Shown piece by piece: positions 48,946-58,457 of a stretch of 64,000 nucleotides of DNA (within the stretch, counting starts at the first letter, position 1; each line of letters begins with the position of its first letter). The position numbers and the translations under genes are program-made. Origin of the DNA: Thermoproteota archaeon (lineage in GTDB: Archaea > Korarchaeota > Korarchaeia > Korarchaeales > Korarchaeaceae); contig JALSOH010000004.1 of NCBI GenBank assembly GCA_026986575.1, positions 480,001 through 544,000 of the forward strand, in the 5' to 3' direction. The notes beneath the pieces are model-generated. The model had not been told where the DNA came from, searched no databases, and saw only the letters and a list, made by a program, of their open reading frames with translations.

Positions 48946-50606
48946 CCAACCCCACCTCCGGCACAGGCACAAGCGCAACTCACACATGCGCAGGCACAAG
49001 CGCAGCTGACGCAGGCGCAGCTGACTGACGCCGTCCTCCTAGCTCGAGGTTTGGGGGGGACGATGACCCTAGCCACCCTGTCGGCGAAATCCTCGATATT
49101 CCTGACGACATTGGAGGAGACCTCCTCGACCGATCTGGCGATGGTATCGGCGGCTTTCTCTATGTCGGGGATGACCGGGACATCCACCTTGCCACCAGGC
49201 GTCCCGGACGTATCGGGAGCTCTGGGCACCCTTGGAGCGGGCGGGATTGAGGTCCATCTACCCCTAGGCCACCATATCCACACATCGTCCAGCGGGTAGG
49301 GATAGGAGGTAACGACTACCTCCCCCTTAGGCCTCCTCAATGCCCTTCTCAGGTTTCTCTCGAAATCAGGATCGGTCAACAGCCATGCCAGATTACTCCT
49401 GACGAGATCGAGCTTCTCATCGAGGGGAGCATCCTCGATCATCTCCCATATCGATCTTACCTTGCTATCGTAGAAGGCGAGGGTCTCCCTCCTTGAGTAC
49501 CCGGATAACTCCCTCTCCACCCTCCTGTGTAAGAGCTTGATTACCTTAACCAAGCAATCTTGGTCTAGAGATCCGCCCTCAGTCAAACAGTCCAAGAACC
49601 TCTTCTCATAGATCCTCAGGTTCCTTCTCGAACCTTCCAGCTTCCTCAATTTGAGCGGATCCAAGCTCTCCACTGCCAAGAACCCTTTCTCCACTAGGCT
49701 GGCTATGAGAACCGCTAAAATTCGCCCGTAACTGAGCTTGGCCCCCTCTAACTTGCGGAGGTAGGCCACTTCCGTTGGAGCCATGTTCTTGTTCGGTCCC
49801 AAACTCTCGGCGAAGATCTCGGGGGCCTGGTAGGGTAGCTTCTCTATCCATGACTTGAATAACTTGACTATGGCCACGATGGAGATTATTACCGCTCCCA
49901 GAAACACGATTCCTATAATGAAGCTGAGATAGTTCGGGATCCCGCCACCCGCAGGTACCACCCTCTCGACGTAGTCCCTCGGAAAGGACACCCCTATCTC
50001 GAACTTGTAGTTAGGGGGAAGGTCCCTCCTCTCCCAGTAGAGGTATATCCTGCCGTCATCCAGCACTTGCAAGTTGTCGTAATCGGGCTGGTTCTTCACC
50101 TCTCCCTTGGAGACCCCAGGAGGTAGTATCACAAAGACTTGGAGCAGCTTGATGGGAGCATTGAACCACGAGGGTGTGAACATGAGGCCTGCATTGCCCG
50201 GGTTGGTCTCATCCTCGTAGATGAAGTCCCTGAGCTCGACCTCCACTACGTAGGTCCTGCTTTCCCCCGGGTCTATAGGCTCGCTGGGTCTCATCTTTAC
50301 CGCGTAATACGAGCCCTCTCTGATCTCCTCAGCATCGATCTCAACGATTCTACCGTCCGGGAAGACCTCCTTAGCCTCTAGCACGCTGAAAGATGGGGAG
50401 GGCATCCCTATCGATACGTACCGGGCTATAGTTCCAGACTTCACCTTTAGAGTGAGGTTGTACCTCAAGTACACCGTTCCCGAACGCTGTATATCGAGGA
50501 TGACCTTTTCCCTCTCTATCTCATACAATATCTGGCTGCTCGTGTTTATTAGAGGAATTAGGAGCGCGGAAATGACAAGAAATAGTAGAATTAGCCTGAA
50601 CCTCAT
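48942..50606 (-). CDS. DUF2207-like membrane protein with Cys-rich C-terminal tail
   Basis: Signal peptide (MRFRLILLFLVISALL), beta-rich ectodomain ending FEIGVSFP, one TM, cytoplasmic region (PTEVAYL, LVEKGFL, YEKRFL), ends SCACVSCACACACVSCACACAGGGVG. Confidence 0.75.
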   Translation of the reverse strand: MRFRLILLFLVISALLIPLINTSSQILYEIEREKVILDIQRSGTVYLRYNLTLKVKSGTIARYVSIGMPSPSFSVLEAKEVFPDGRIVEIDAEEIREGSYYAVKMRPSEPIDPGESRTYVVEVELRDFIYEDETNPGNAGLMFTPSWFNAPIKLLQVFVILPPGVSKGEVKNQPDYDNLQVLDDGRIYLYWERRDLPPNYKFEIGVSFPRDYVERVVPAGGGIPNYLSFIIGIVFLGAVIISIVAIVKLFKSWIEKLPYQAPEIFAESLGPNKNMAPTEVAYLRKLEGAKLSYGRILAVLIASLVEKGFLAVESLDPLKLRKLEGSRRNLRIYEKRFLDCLTEGGSLDQDCLVKVIKLLHRRVERELSGYSRRETLAFYDSKVRSIWEMIEDAPLDEKLDLVRSNLAWLLTDPDFERNLRRALRRPKGEVVVTSYPYPLDDVWIWWPRGRWTSIPPAPRVPRAPDTSGTPGGKVDVPVIPDIEKAADTIARSVEEVSSNVVRNIEDFADRVARVIVPPKPRARRTASVSCACVSCACACACVSCACACAGGGVG

Positions 50607-50667
50607 CTTGACTCCGGGAGGGTCCGGAATATTAACTTGGCTTAGGTCCATATTCTTGGGAGCGCGT

Positions 50668-51393
50668 ATGATGATAGCCCCCGGCGTCGAGTACAGAGAA
50701 GAAAAGAGAGAGCTCTTGGTCCAAGGTGAGAGGGTCATCCCCAGCGTGAGGAGGTTCTTCGATCTCCTCACAGTCTTAGAGGATCCAGATGCTCTCAAGG
50801 AGGACGGCAACGCGTACTTCATGTATAGGGATCTCCCCCCGCTGAGAGGGAGCTGGGCCCGTTTCGACGTAACGATAATCCCGCCTTGGATGGTTGGAAG
50901 GGAGTATGCTAAGACAAAGGGCCACTATCATAGACCTCCCTCGGCGGGCAAGCCCTCCTACCCTGAGGTCTATCAGGTACACTCCGGAAATGCAATTTAC
51001 CTCCTCCAAAGAGCAGGTTCCTCACCCACGGAGATAGTGGATTTCATAGTGGTGAGGGCATCACCGGGAGATGTAGTGGTCATACCACCTAACTATGGAC
51101 ATGTAACAGTTAACCCGGGCGAAGAGACGCTCATCATGAGCAATCTGATCTACAGGGAGGTTAAATCGGATTATGGGCCGTATGAGAGGCTCAGAGGAGC
51201 TGCCTACTACTACACGGTCGAAGGATTTGTCAGGAACGGACGTTACTCCTCAATACCGGAGATAAGAGAGGGTAAACCACTCTGGAGGTCCCAATCCATC
51301 GCGATCGATTTCTTGGAGGACGAGAATTCCTACTCATGGTTGAAGGACGTTGACAGGGCGTGCGAGGAGGGATTCCTCGGTGTTAGGTGTTAA
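50668..51393 (+). CDS. Cupin-type glucose-6-phosphate isomerase family protein
   Basis: FDVTIIPP, KTKGHYH, PEVY, IPPNYGHVTVN and DYGP..RLRGAAYY motifs; likely start ATG 50668. Confidence 0.82.
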   Translation: MMIAPGVEYREEKRELLVQGERVIPSVRRFFDLLTVLEDPDALKEDGNAYFMYRDLPPLRGSWARFDVTIIPPWMVGREYAKTKGHYHRPPSAGKPSYPEVYQVHSGNAIYLLQRAGSSPTEIVDFIVVRASPGDVVVIPPNYGHVTVNPGEETLIMSNLIYREVKSDYGPYERLRGAAYYYTVEGFVRNGRYSSIPEIREGKPLWRSQSIAIDFLEDENSYSWLKDVDRACEEGFLGVRC

Positions 51394-52015
51394 TCTCCGT
51401 GGAGAGGATCTAGTAACCTTCATTTGGAACTTTCTAAACAGGGAAGAGGTGATCACGGGAAAAAACGATGTCTTGGAGAGGGTGGCTGCTAAGGGACTCT
51501 TGACATCTCAGAGAGTGACTACTTTCTCCTGCGATGGACCCACCTATGCCGTCTTGAAGTGCCCTTCCTGCGGTGCCAGCGACTTGGAAGTGATGGAGGC
51601 CTGGATCCACGTCCCCTGTGGATCAGTGACTTATGAAAGAAGTGCATGCCCTAAATGCGGCTCCGTCACGAGCGAGGAGCTGGTCCCAATAGGTCCTGTG
51701 TACAGGTGCAGATCCTGCGGAGCGATAGTCACTTATCCCACCGTGGAGACCCCCTGCGGGCACCTCACCATAGGCAGTTTCGTCATGTACAGATTGACCG
51801 AGGAAGGAAAGGACCTCATAAGGAAAGTCAGAGGAGAGTTGGAGAGACTACCCGATCCTAAGATAATCTTGGCCGATCTGAAGGTGACGAGAGTAGAGGC
51901 CCTTCTACTAGACGGATCCATTGGCGTAATCTTGGGAACTAATGACGAATATCAGAGGAGTAGGGAGGGGAAACTCTCCGAGCTTGGACTGAAGATCAAA
52001 ATCTTGGAAATTTAA
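51350..52015 (+). CDS. Multi-zinc-ribbon protein (TackOD1-like)
   Basis: CPSCG, HVPCG, CPKCG, YRCRSCG and PCGH, then YRLTEEG; start uncertain. Confidence 0.6.
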   Translation: MTGRARRDSSVLGVNLRGEDLVTFIWNFLNREEVITGKNDVLERVAAKGLLTSQRVTTFSCDGPTYAVLKCPSCGASDLEVMEAWIHVPCGSVTYERSACPKCGSVTSEELVPIGPVYRCRSCGAIVTYPTVETPCGHLTIGSFVMYRLTEEGKDLIRKVRGELERLPDPKIILADLKVTRVEALLLDGSIGVILGTNDEYQRSREGKLSELGLKIKILEI

Positions 52016-53283
52016 GAGGGTGGTCTGTACTCCTTCCCACCTCTAATATGCCCGTACCCTATGAGTCTCCACCTGTTGCCTATCCTAGACGAGATGGCAA
52101 CCCTCTGGTTGAGCTCAGCTGTGGCGGGTATCCTCAGTAGGAGGGTCATCTCATCCTCGGGAGTCATGTCCCTAAGCACGGCCGGCACGGTGGCCGTGCC
52201 GACGTTCAACTGTATGAACTCACCCTTGCTGGGTTTCTTGACCTCCATCTCCTCCTTAGTACCTACTATCTTCTCGAAGAACTTGGCCTCTACATCCAGC
52301 TCAACCCAAGTGGGCGGCAGCTCCCCAGGCATTCCAACTACGTTGCCCACCATGTTGTCGGCTTTGGTGAGTGCTGGGTCTAGGAGGGTCCCCACACCTA
52401 TGAGCCCTCCTGGATAGGCCTCGTCTAGAGGAGTGTTCTCGCTCCTCAGGCTCACTATCTTTGTCGTGAGCGGGATGAACTTACCGGCCCTATAGGCTCC
52501 GGGCCTTATCTCTATCTCATCGTTCACTCTGAACCTTCCTTGGATGATAGTGCCTCCGAGCACGCCACCCACGAGCTTGTCTGGCCTCGTTCCCGGCTTG
52601 TTTACATCGAAGGACCTGGCCACGTACATTCTAGGGGACCTGGTGGGATCCCTAGGCGGAGGAGCGAATCTCCTCACCATCTCCCTGATTAGATAGCCGA
52701 TATTCACCCCATGTAGGGCGGAAACGGGGATTATAGGCGGGATCTCATCCAGATAGCTCCTCAGAAACTCCACAATCTGCTCGTAATTCTTCAGAGCTTC
52801 CTCATCACTGACAAGCTCTATCTTGGTCTGAACCACTATGATCTGCTTGACATCCATTATCTTCAGGGCGACTAAGTGCTCCCTAGTTTGGGGCTGAGGG
52901 GCTGGCTCGTTGGCTGCGATGACCAGTAAAGCTGCATCCATTAACGTGGATCCTGCTAGCATAGTGGCCATTAAGGTGTCATGACCGGGACAGTCCACGA
53001 AGGAGACCTTCCTGAGGAGGACAGTCTCCCCTCCGTCTATGGGACATCTCTCCATGGTGGTGTAGCACTTGGCATCGTCTCCTCCGCATGACTTGCACTT
53101 TCTCAAATCGGCGTTTGCGTATCCTAGCTTTATGGTGATACCCCTCCTTAGCTCCTCGCTGTGCCTCTCGGGCCATATACCCGTCAAAGCTTGGACTAGG
53201 GTGGACTTGCCGTGGTCTACGTGGCCAGCTGTCCCTATGTTCATCTCGGGCTGTAAGACTATCCTGTCAACTTCATTTCCCAT
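52012..53283 (-). CDS. eif2g: Translation initiation factor aIF2 gamma subunit
   Basis: QPEMNIGTAGHVDHGKST, RGITIKLGYA, DCPGH, PQPQTREH and RWRLIGYG motifs. Confidence 0.96.
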   Translation of the reverse strand: MGNEVDRIVLQPEMNIGTAGHVDHGKSTLVQALTGIWPERHSEELRRGITIKLGYANADLRKCKSCGGDDAKCYTTMERCPIDGGETVLLRKVSFVDCPGHDTLMATMLAGSTLMDAALLVIAANEPAPQPQTREHLVALKIMDVKQIIVVQTKIELVSDEEALKNYEQIVEFLRSYLDEIPPIIPVSALHGVNIGYLIREMVRRFAPPPRDPTRSPRMYVARSFDVNKPGTRPDKLVGGVLGGTIIQGRFRVNDEIEIRPGAYRAGKFIPLTTKIVSLRSENTPLDEAYPGGLIGVGTLLDPALTKADNMVGNVVGMPGELPPTWVELDVEAKFFEKIVGTKEEMEVKKPSKGEFIQLNVGTATVPAVLRDMTPEDEMTLLLRIPATAELNQRVAISSRIGNRWRLIGYGHIRGGKEYRPPS

Positions 53284-53293
53284 TGGATCACCT

Positions 53294-53728
53294 TCAGGAG
53301 GCCTCGGCTTCCGCCTCCTCCTTTTTCAGCAATTCCTCTAAAGTTTTCTCCCCGACCTTAACGACTCTTAGGTTTATCTGCTTTATAGCATCGGATATTA
53401 TGGCACCCCTTACGGTCTTAGCCCTCCTCTCTCCCTTCTTCCTCGGGTGAAACCCTGGTGGTGATGACAAGAGGACCTTCTTCTTCCCCGGTATCTGGAG
53501 AGAGGGGTGCATTGGGAAGCCATCCTTGTCGGTCCCACCAGTTATCTTGAATGTATATCCCGCTAGGCCGAAGGCATCTCCACTGATCTCCTCTCCTATC
53601 CTCCTCCCCACGAAGAACTTGATGTTATCTTTGGGCAGCTTAACGTGGAAGGTCTTACCAGTATTGGGATCGCCGATGTCGAGCACGAGGAACTCTTCCT
53701 CTACTCTTCTCCTCCTTCTCATCGCCAT
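53294..53728 (-). CDS. rps6e: 30S ribosomal protein S6e
   Basis: ITGGTDKDGFPM and GERRAKTVRG motifs. Confidence 0.95.
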   Translation of the reverse strand: MAMRRRRRVEEEFLVLDIGDPNTGKTFHVKLPKDNIKFFVGRRIGEEISGDAFGLAGYTFKITGGTDKDGFPMHPSLQIPGKKKVLLSSPPGFHPRKKGERRAKTVRGAIISDAIKQINLRVVKVGEKTLEELLKKEEAEAEAS

Positions 53729-53778
53729 GGGATGGAATCACCTTCCCGAAACTGACCACTTCAGTTATATAAGTTGAA

Positions 53779-55599
53779 CTACTCAGGAGAGCTGGCTCCC
53801 CGGGAGTACCTGATCCAGAGGATCTGTCTGTACAGCTCCTTTTCGTCATCGCTCATCTTGCTGAAGTATATGGAGCGGGCCTTATCTTCCTCGAACTCGG
53901 ACACCTCAGTGTAAAGCTTCCTGCCCTCCCTAACGTTCCTCCCTACTACGCCGCCCTTTATTGAGATCGCTACCCTCTGCCCAGCCTTAGCCTCGGGTAT
54001 CCTGTTCCCCTCGTACTGGATGTCTAGTATAGTTCCGACCCTCCTCCCGCTCTCGTTCATCAGAGGATAGCCAGGCCTTATTCTACCCCTGAGGACCTCG
54101 ACTCCCACGATGGCGGGGTCGCTCCTCCTGAAAATGAAGTCCGGTAAAACCAAGATTTCAGCCGGGAATACGGCCTGTGAAAGTACTCTCTCCTCCTCTC
54201 TCCTCTTCAGCTCCTCCAAGTACTCTTTGAATCTCTCAATCAGCCTGTAAATGATAACATCGGTGAATATGGGGATCTTCCTGTCCTTTGCCTCTCTCTT
54301 TGCGTCCTCTTTCACCTTCACGTTGAACGCCAGTATCACTGCGAACTTCTCCTCTTTCTGCTTTATCACAGCCGCCTCAAACACATCCACTTTGGAGACA
54401 TCGCCTATATCGGCCCTCCTTATCGGTATGCCTTCCTTCTGGAGCTGAGCTATCAGGGCCTCCAGCGTGCCTAACGTGTCTGCCTTGACTATCACGCCAA
54501 CCTTATCCGTCTTTATGATGATACGCTCTACCTCCTCCTGAACCTCCTTCCTGACCTCCTCTATTCTCTCCCTATCTCTAACTACATATAGGGGAGATCC
54601 GGCGAGCACCTCATCCAAATTAGGTGCGGAGATCATCACTCCAGCAGCTGCTGAGACTTCATCAACTCTCCTGAACTTCTTCGTCGCCCTCATCTCCTGC
54701 AGGGGTTCTGGAACTAGTAGCGCCCTCACCTTCGTCACGACCGGTCCGTTGACGCCAGCCACCACTATGGTGTCGTCTTTCCTTAGGACCCCGTCGTAGA
54801 TTATGGCTGTCAGCACCGTACCCAGTCCCTGCTGCTGCTTGACCTCGAGCACTGTACCCCTTCCTTCTTCGGTGGTTATCTCCAACCTGTCGAGCATGAA
54901 CCTCTGCACGAGTCCTATGAGCATCGTTAAAAGGTCCGGAATGCCCTCCCCCGTCACCGCGCTGGTCGGTACGATGGCGAAGGTCTTGGTGAAGTCTTGG
55001 ACCCTATCGTACCTGTCGGCGTAGATTCCTAGGGTGGCCAGCTGATCCACCACCCTGTAGAGCCTCTTCTCCAACTCAGCCAGAACGGAAGGTGGCTGCT
55101 CTTTCTCAGCCAAGATGAAAGGTCTGCCCTCCTCAGACTTCCAGCCGTAGAGGGTGTCTATCTTGTTGAGCGCTATGACGAAGGGAACTCTCCTCTCCTT
55201 GAGTATGTTTATGGACTCGATGGTCTGGGGCTGCACTCCCCCATTTATGTCTATCACTAAGATAGCTATGTCCGCTACAGAACCACCCCTCCTCCTCAGG
55301 TTGGAGAATACCTCGTGTCCGGGCAGATCTATAAAGAGCAAACCTCCAGTCTTTATCTCGAACTTGAGGTTGAGGACTCTCATCACAGGCTCGCATATCT
55401 CGTAGATCACATCAGTAGGTATCTCGGAAGCCCCCACGTGTTGGGTTATCGAGCCTGGCTCCTTAGCTGCTACCCTAGTCCTCCTGATGTAGTCCAGAAG
55501 GGTAGTCTTACCTGAGTCCACGTGGCCCAAAACAGATACTAGGGGCTGTCTGTACCTCTTATCCTTATCTCCCTTGTCCTTACCGTCCTTCTTGGGCAA
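53779..55599 (-). CDS. infB: Translation initiation factor aIF5B (IF-2)
   Basis: RQPLVSVLGHVDSGKT, ITQHVGA, DLPGHE, NKID and KADTLGTLEAL motifs. Confidence 0.96.
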   Translation of the reverse strand: MPKKDGKDKGDKDKRYRQPLVSVLGHVDSGKTTLLDYIRRTRVAAKEPGSITQHVGASEIPTDVIYEICEPVMRVLNLKFEIKTGGLLFIDLPGHEVFSNLRRRGGSVADIAILVIDINGGVQPQTIESINILKERRVPFVIALNKIDTLYGWKSEEGRPFILAEKEQPPSVLAELEKRLYRVVDQLATLGIYADRYDRVQDFTKTFAIVPTSAVTGEGIPDLLTMLIGLVQRFMLDRLEITTEEGRGTVLEVKQQQGLGTVLTAIIYDGVLRKDDTIVVAGVNGPVVTKVRALLVPEPLQEMRATKKFRRVDEVSAAAGVMISAPNLDEVLAGSPLYVVRDRERIEEVRKEVQEEVERIIIKTDKVGVIVKADTLGTLEALIAQLQKEGIPIRRADIGDVSKVDVFEAAVIKQKEEKFAVILAFNVKVKEDAKREAKDRKIPIFTDVIIYRLIERFKEYLEELKRREEERVLSQAVFPAEILVLPDFIFRRSDPAIVGVEVLRGRIRPGYPLMNESGRRVGTILDIQYEGNRIPEAKAGQRVAISIKGGVVGRNVREGRKLYTEVSEFEEDKARSIYFSKMSDDEKELYRQILWIRYSRGASSPE

Positions 55600-55629
55600 T
55601 TAGAGTCACCGTGAGATAAAAGGAGGGTT

Positions 55630-55824
55630 CTACTTTCCCTCCTTCTTGGGCTTCTTCCTGACCCACTTAACCTTCTTGGGGTTCCTACCCAGTTTGAGGT
55701 AGTTCTTGGCGCACTTGGAGGAACAGAAATACAAGATGGTACCATCGGCCTTCACGTACATCCAGCCGTGTCCGGGCTCGACATCGCTACCGCAGAACGC
55801 ACACTTCTTTAGCAATATGGACAT
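55630..55824 (-). CDS. rpl24e: 50S ribosomal protein L24e
   Basis: [23 protein letters not shown]. Confidence 0.95.
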   Translation of the reverse strand: MSILLKKCAFCGSDVEPGHGWMYVKADGTILYFCSSKCAKNYLKLGRNPKKVKWVRKKPKKEGK

Positions 55825-55828
55825 TCAA

Positions 55829-56047
55829 TCACCTCGGCTTCAGCTTCCTAGCCTCCATCTCGGTCTCTCTAAGGATTAGTATGTCCCCTATCCTCACTGG
55901 CCCCTTGACGTTCCTAGTCAGTACCCTTCCCCTGTCCTTCCCGACGAGGATCTTGGCTCTGACCTGTATGACATCTCCAGCTACGCCCGTGCGGCCTATT
56001 ATCTCGACTACCTCGGCCGGGTATCCCTTGTCCGCCTCTTGGGACAT
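55829..56047 (-). CDS. rps28e: 30S ribosomal protein S28e
   Basis: [26 protein letters not shown]. Confidence 0.96.
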   Translation of the reverse strand: MSQEADKGYPAEVVEIIGRTGVAGDVIQVRAKILVGKDRGRVLTRNVKGPVRIGDILILRETEMEARKLKPR

Positions 56048-56091
56048 TCAATCACCTTCAGAAAGGATAGGGGATGAGCATGTTTTTTAAA

Positions 56092-56490
56092 CTACTCGGT
56101 CCCTTCAGTTCCCCTGACCTCCTTTATCTTCTCTATAAGGGCCTCCAAGAGGCTCTTGGCCTGCCCGGCATCCACCACAGCGACTGAGGATGCGGGAACT
56201 TCTATACCAGCGGCCTTCCCCAAGTCCTCCTTGCTCGGGACGTAAGCATAGGGGACACCCTTGTCGTCGCATAGCAGCGGCAAGTGAGCCACTATCTCTG
56301 GGGGATTCACATCCTCCGCTATGATTACGAAGAGGGCCTCACCCCTCTCCACAGCCTTCGTGGTCTCGTTGACGCCCTTCCTGACCTTGCCACCGGTCTC
56401 CCGGGCGGTCTGGACTAACTCAAGTATCTTGGGAACGAGGTCATCAGGGACCTCAAACTTCACATAGAAGGGTTTGTCCTGAGCCGTCAT
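56092..56490 (-). CDS. rpl7ae: 50S ribosomal protein L7Ae
   Basis: [13 protein letters not shown] and [15 protein letters not shown] motifs. Confidence 0.96.
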   Translation of the reverse strand: MTAQDKPFYVKFEVPDDLVPKILELVQTARETGGKVRKGVNETTKAVERGEALFVIIAEDVNPPEIVAHLPLLCDDKGVPYAYVPSKEDLGKAAGIEVPASSVAVVDAGQAKSLLEALIEKIKEVRGTEGTE

Positions 56491-56520
56491 CCTTCATTCC
56501 CCGGAGGGGGCCGGGGAGTG

Positions 56521-57603
56521 TCATATAAAAATATGCCTCTCATTCGCGAGGGTCTTCAATGGACCCGTCAGCAGGTATTTCTTGGTCAATCGGAGCTGGT
56601 TTACTGTGAGAGATCCAGTGAGGAACGCGGCGAGTTTCATCTCGAAAATAAATTTATTTAACTCGTCCCTGACGCCGTCGCTCCCCTCCTCCACCGCGCG
56701 TATGAAGAAGGGACGGGCGGCACCAGCCATGTGGGCGCCCAAAGCCAAGCATTTAGCAGCATCCAGGCCGGATCTGACCCCTCCAGAGCCTATGACTTTG
56801 ATGCCAAGGGTGGAGACCTCCATTACCGCAAGAGGTGTGGGTAACCCCCAGTCGGCGAACCTCCTCGAGGCAACCCATCTAACGGATCCCTCAGGGGATC
56901 TCTCTCCCTCTATTAGGGACCAACTCGTCCCCCCCTGCCCGGCCACATCTATTATCCTAACACCGGCCCTCTTCAGGACTAGCGCGGCCTCTTTGGATAC
57001 CCCCGCACCCACCTCTTTCACTATCACCGGGACATCTAGCTCCCTTACCACATCCCTTATCGCCACCAAGGATCCCGTGAAATCAACCGATCCCTCGGGT
57101 TGTATTACCTCCTGTAGGGGATTGAGGTGAATCGCTAGGGCATCGGCATCTATCATATCAACCGCTCTCTTCGCGTTGTCTGGTCCCTCATCTCCTATGA
57201 CGTGAGATATGCCCAAGTTGGCTATGACTGGAACCTCCGTGGCCATCTCTCTTACTATAGAGTAGGTCCTTACGAGATTCTCATTCCTCAAAGCTGCTCT
57301 CTGGCTGCCAACCCCTATAGCAACTCCCTCTGCTTGGGCTGCCTCAGCTAGAGCCCTATTTATGGATAAAGTCGCCTCATGGCCGCCAGTCATTCCCTCT
57401 ATCAGGAGAGGAGCCTTAAGCTCGTATCCCAAGAACTTCCATGAGAGATCTACATCGTCAAAGGAGGCATCCGGCAGGGGATTGTGGAGCAGTCTCACAT
57501 GCTCGAACCAAGAGAGGGTGGTGCTGAGGTCTACATCGTCCCTCTTAGCTATCATTATGTGCTCGATTTTACGCTGAGAGGTTTCCTCGGGATCCTCAAT
57601 CAT
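56521..57603 (-). CDS. fni: Type 2 isopentenyl-diphosphate isomerase
   Basis: RKIEHI, GMTGG, GVGSQR, HLNPLQE..QPEG, KEVG and GGTSW motifs. Confidence 0.94.
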   Translation of the reverse strand: MIEDPEETSQRKIEHIMIAKRDDVDLSTTLSWFEHVRLLHNPLPDASFDDVDLSWKFLGYELKAPLLIEGMTGGHEATLSINRALAEAAQAEGVAIGVGSQRAALRNENLVRTYSIVREMATEVPVIANLGISHVIGDEGPDNAKRAVDMIDADALAIHLNPLQEVIQPEGSVDFTGSLVAIRDVVRELDVPVIVKEVGAGVSKEAALVLKRAGVRIIDVAGQGGTSWSLIEGERSPEGSVRWVASRRFADWGLPTPLAVMEVSTLGIKVIGSGGVRSGLDAAKCLALGAHMAGAARPFFIRAVEEGSDGVRDELNKFIFEMKLAAFLTGSLTVNQLRLTKKYLLTGPLKTLANERHIFI

Positions 57604-58457
57604 CTCGCGAACACCACCGAAGCGTAGCCCACCACGAAGGACCTGTCGCCACTCGCCTCAGCGCTGGTGGAGTACCTCACGAGCTCGCCCCTGTCAACAC
57701 CCTTCAACTTCGCGAAAGTTATGGCCACTGAGGCAGGTCCAGGACCACACATGGAAACATCCAGCTCGAACAGGGTCCTGAATAATCTCTCCACATCCAT
57801 GTCTAAGATCGCTTCCAATGCAGCCGTGTCCCTCCTCCTCGCCTCCTCTTCCGGCAGATAATGAGACATATCTGATGAGGCTATCACCACGACATCCTTC
57901 TTCAGAAATTCGGAGGCGAGGCTTATGGCCTTCCCTAGAGATGTAGCTGAGGAAGGATCCTGAACGCCCATGGCAATGGGGACTATCTTGGGCGAACCGT
58001 ATATTGCCTGTAAGAACGGTATCTGGACCTCTATGGAGTGCTCCGACATGTGAGCTAGGTCATCGAACTCCAAATCCTCGAAGTACTCTTTAATGGATAG
58101 GGCGAACTCCCTATCAACTTCAACCATGCCCAAAGGCGTTTCCCAGTAATCCGCATTAGAAACGGAGAACGCGGCACCAAGTCCCGTGTGATTCGGGCCT
58201 AAAATGACGAATGTTTCAGGGATCCCGTCTCTAGCCAAGACCGAGTAACCAGCAGCTGCCGTCCTCCCCGAGTATACATATCCGGCGTGGGGCGATATCA
58301 GAGAGGCTATCTTCCTCTCCCCAGATGGATTCGGTGAGGGGATCCCGCTCTCTCCAATGCTTAGGAACAACTCCCTCATCATGGAAAGGAGGTCGTCCGG
58401 ATCGGAGGGGTAAAAAGAGCCAGCGACGGCTGGCCTTCTGACCTCCAATAGTTTCAC
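57600..58457 (-). CDS. MEMO1 family protein (AmmeMemoRadiSam protein B)
   Basis: [41 protein letters not shown] and MCG motifs. Confidence 0.93.
   Translation of the reverse strand: MKLLEVRRPAVAGSFYPSDPDDLLSMMRELFLSIGESGIPSPNPSGERKIASLISPHAGYVYSGRTAAAGYSVLARDGIPETFVILGPNHTGLGAAFSVSNADYWETPLGMVEVDREFALSIKEYFEDLEFDDLAHMSEHSIEVQIPFLQAIYGSPKIVPIAMGVQDPSSATSLGKAISLASEFLKKDVVVIASSDMSHYLPEEEARRRDTAALEAILDMDVERLFRTLFELDVSMCGPGPASVAITFAKLKGVDRGELVRYSTSAEASGDRSFVVGYASVVFAR

Noticed and set aside
48946-48999. Cys-rich N-terminal extension MCLRMCELRLCLC of the rSAM ORF
   Set aside because: Alternate-frame reading of the upstream gene's Cys tail; the real start is probably TTG 48945 after the RBS
57600-58457. 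MEMO1 as partner of the radical SAM gene (AmmeMemoRadiSam system)
   Set aside because: MEMO1 is in its usual rps2-linked position, and the rSAM at 47635 is SPASM-type rather than the PFL-activase-like AmmeMemoRadiSam enzyme
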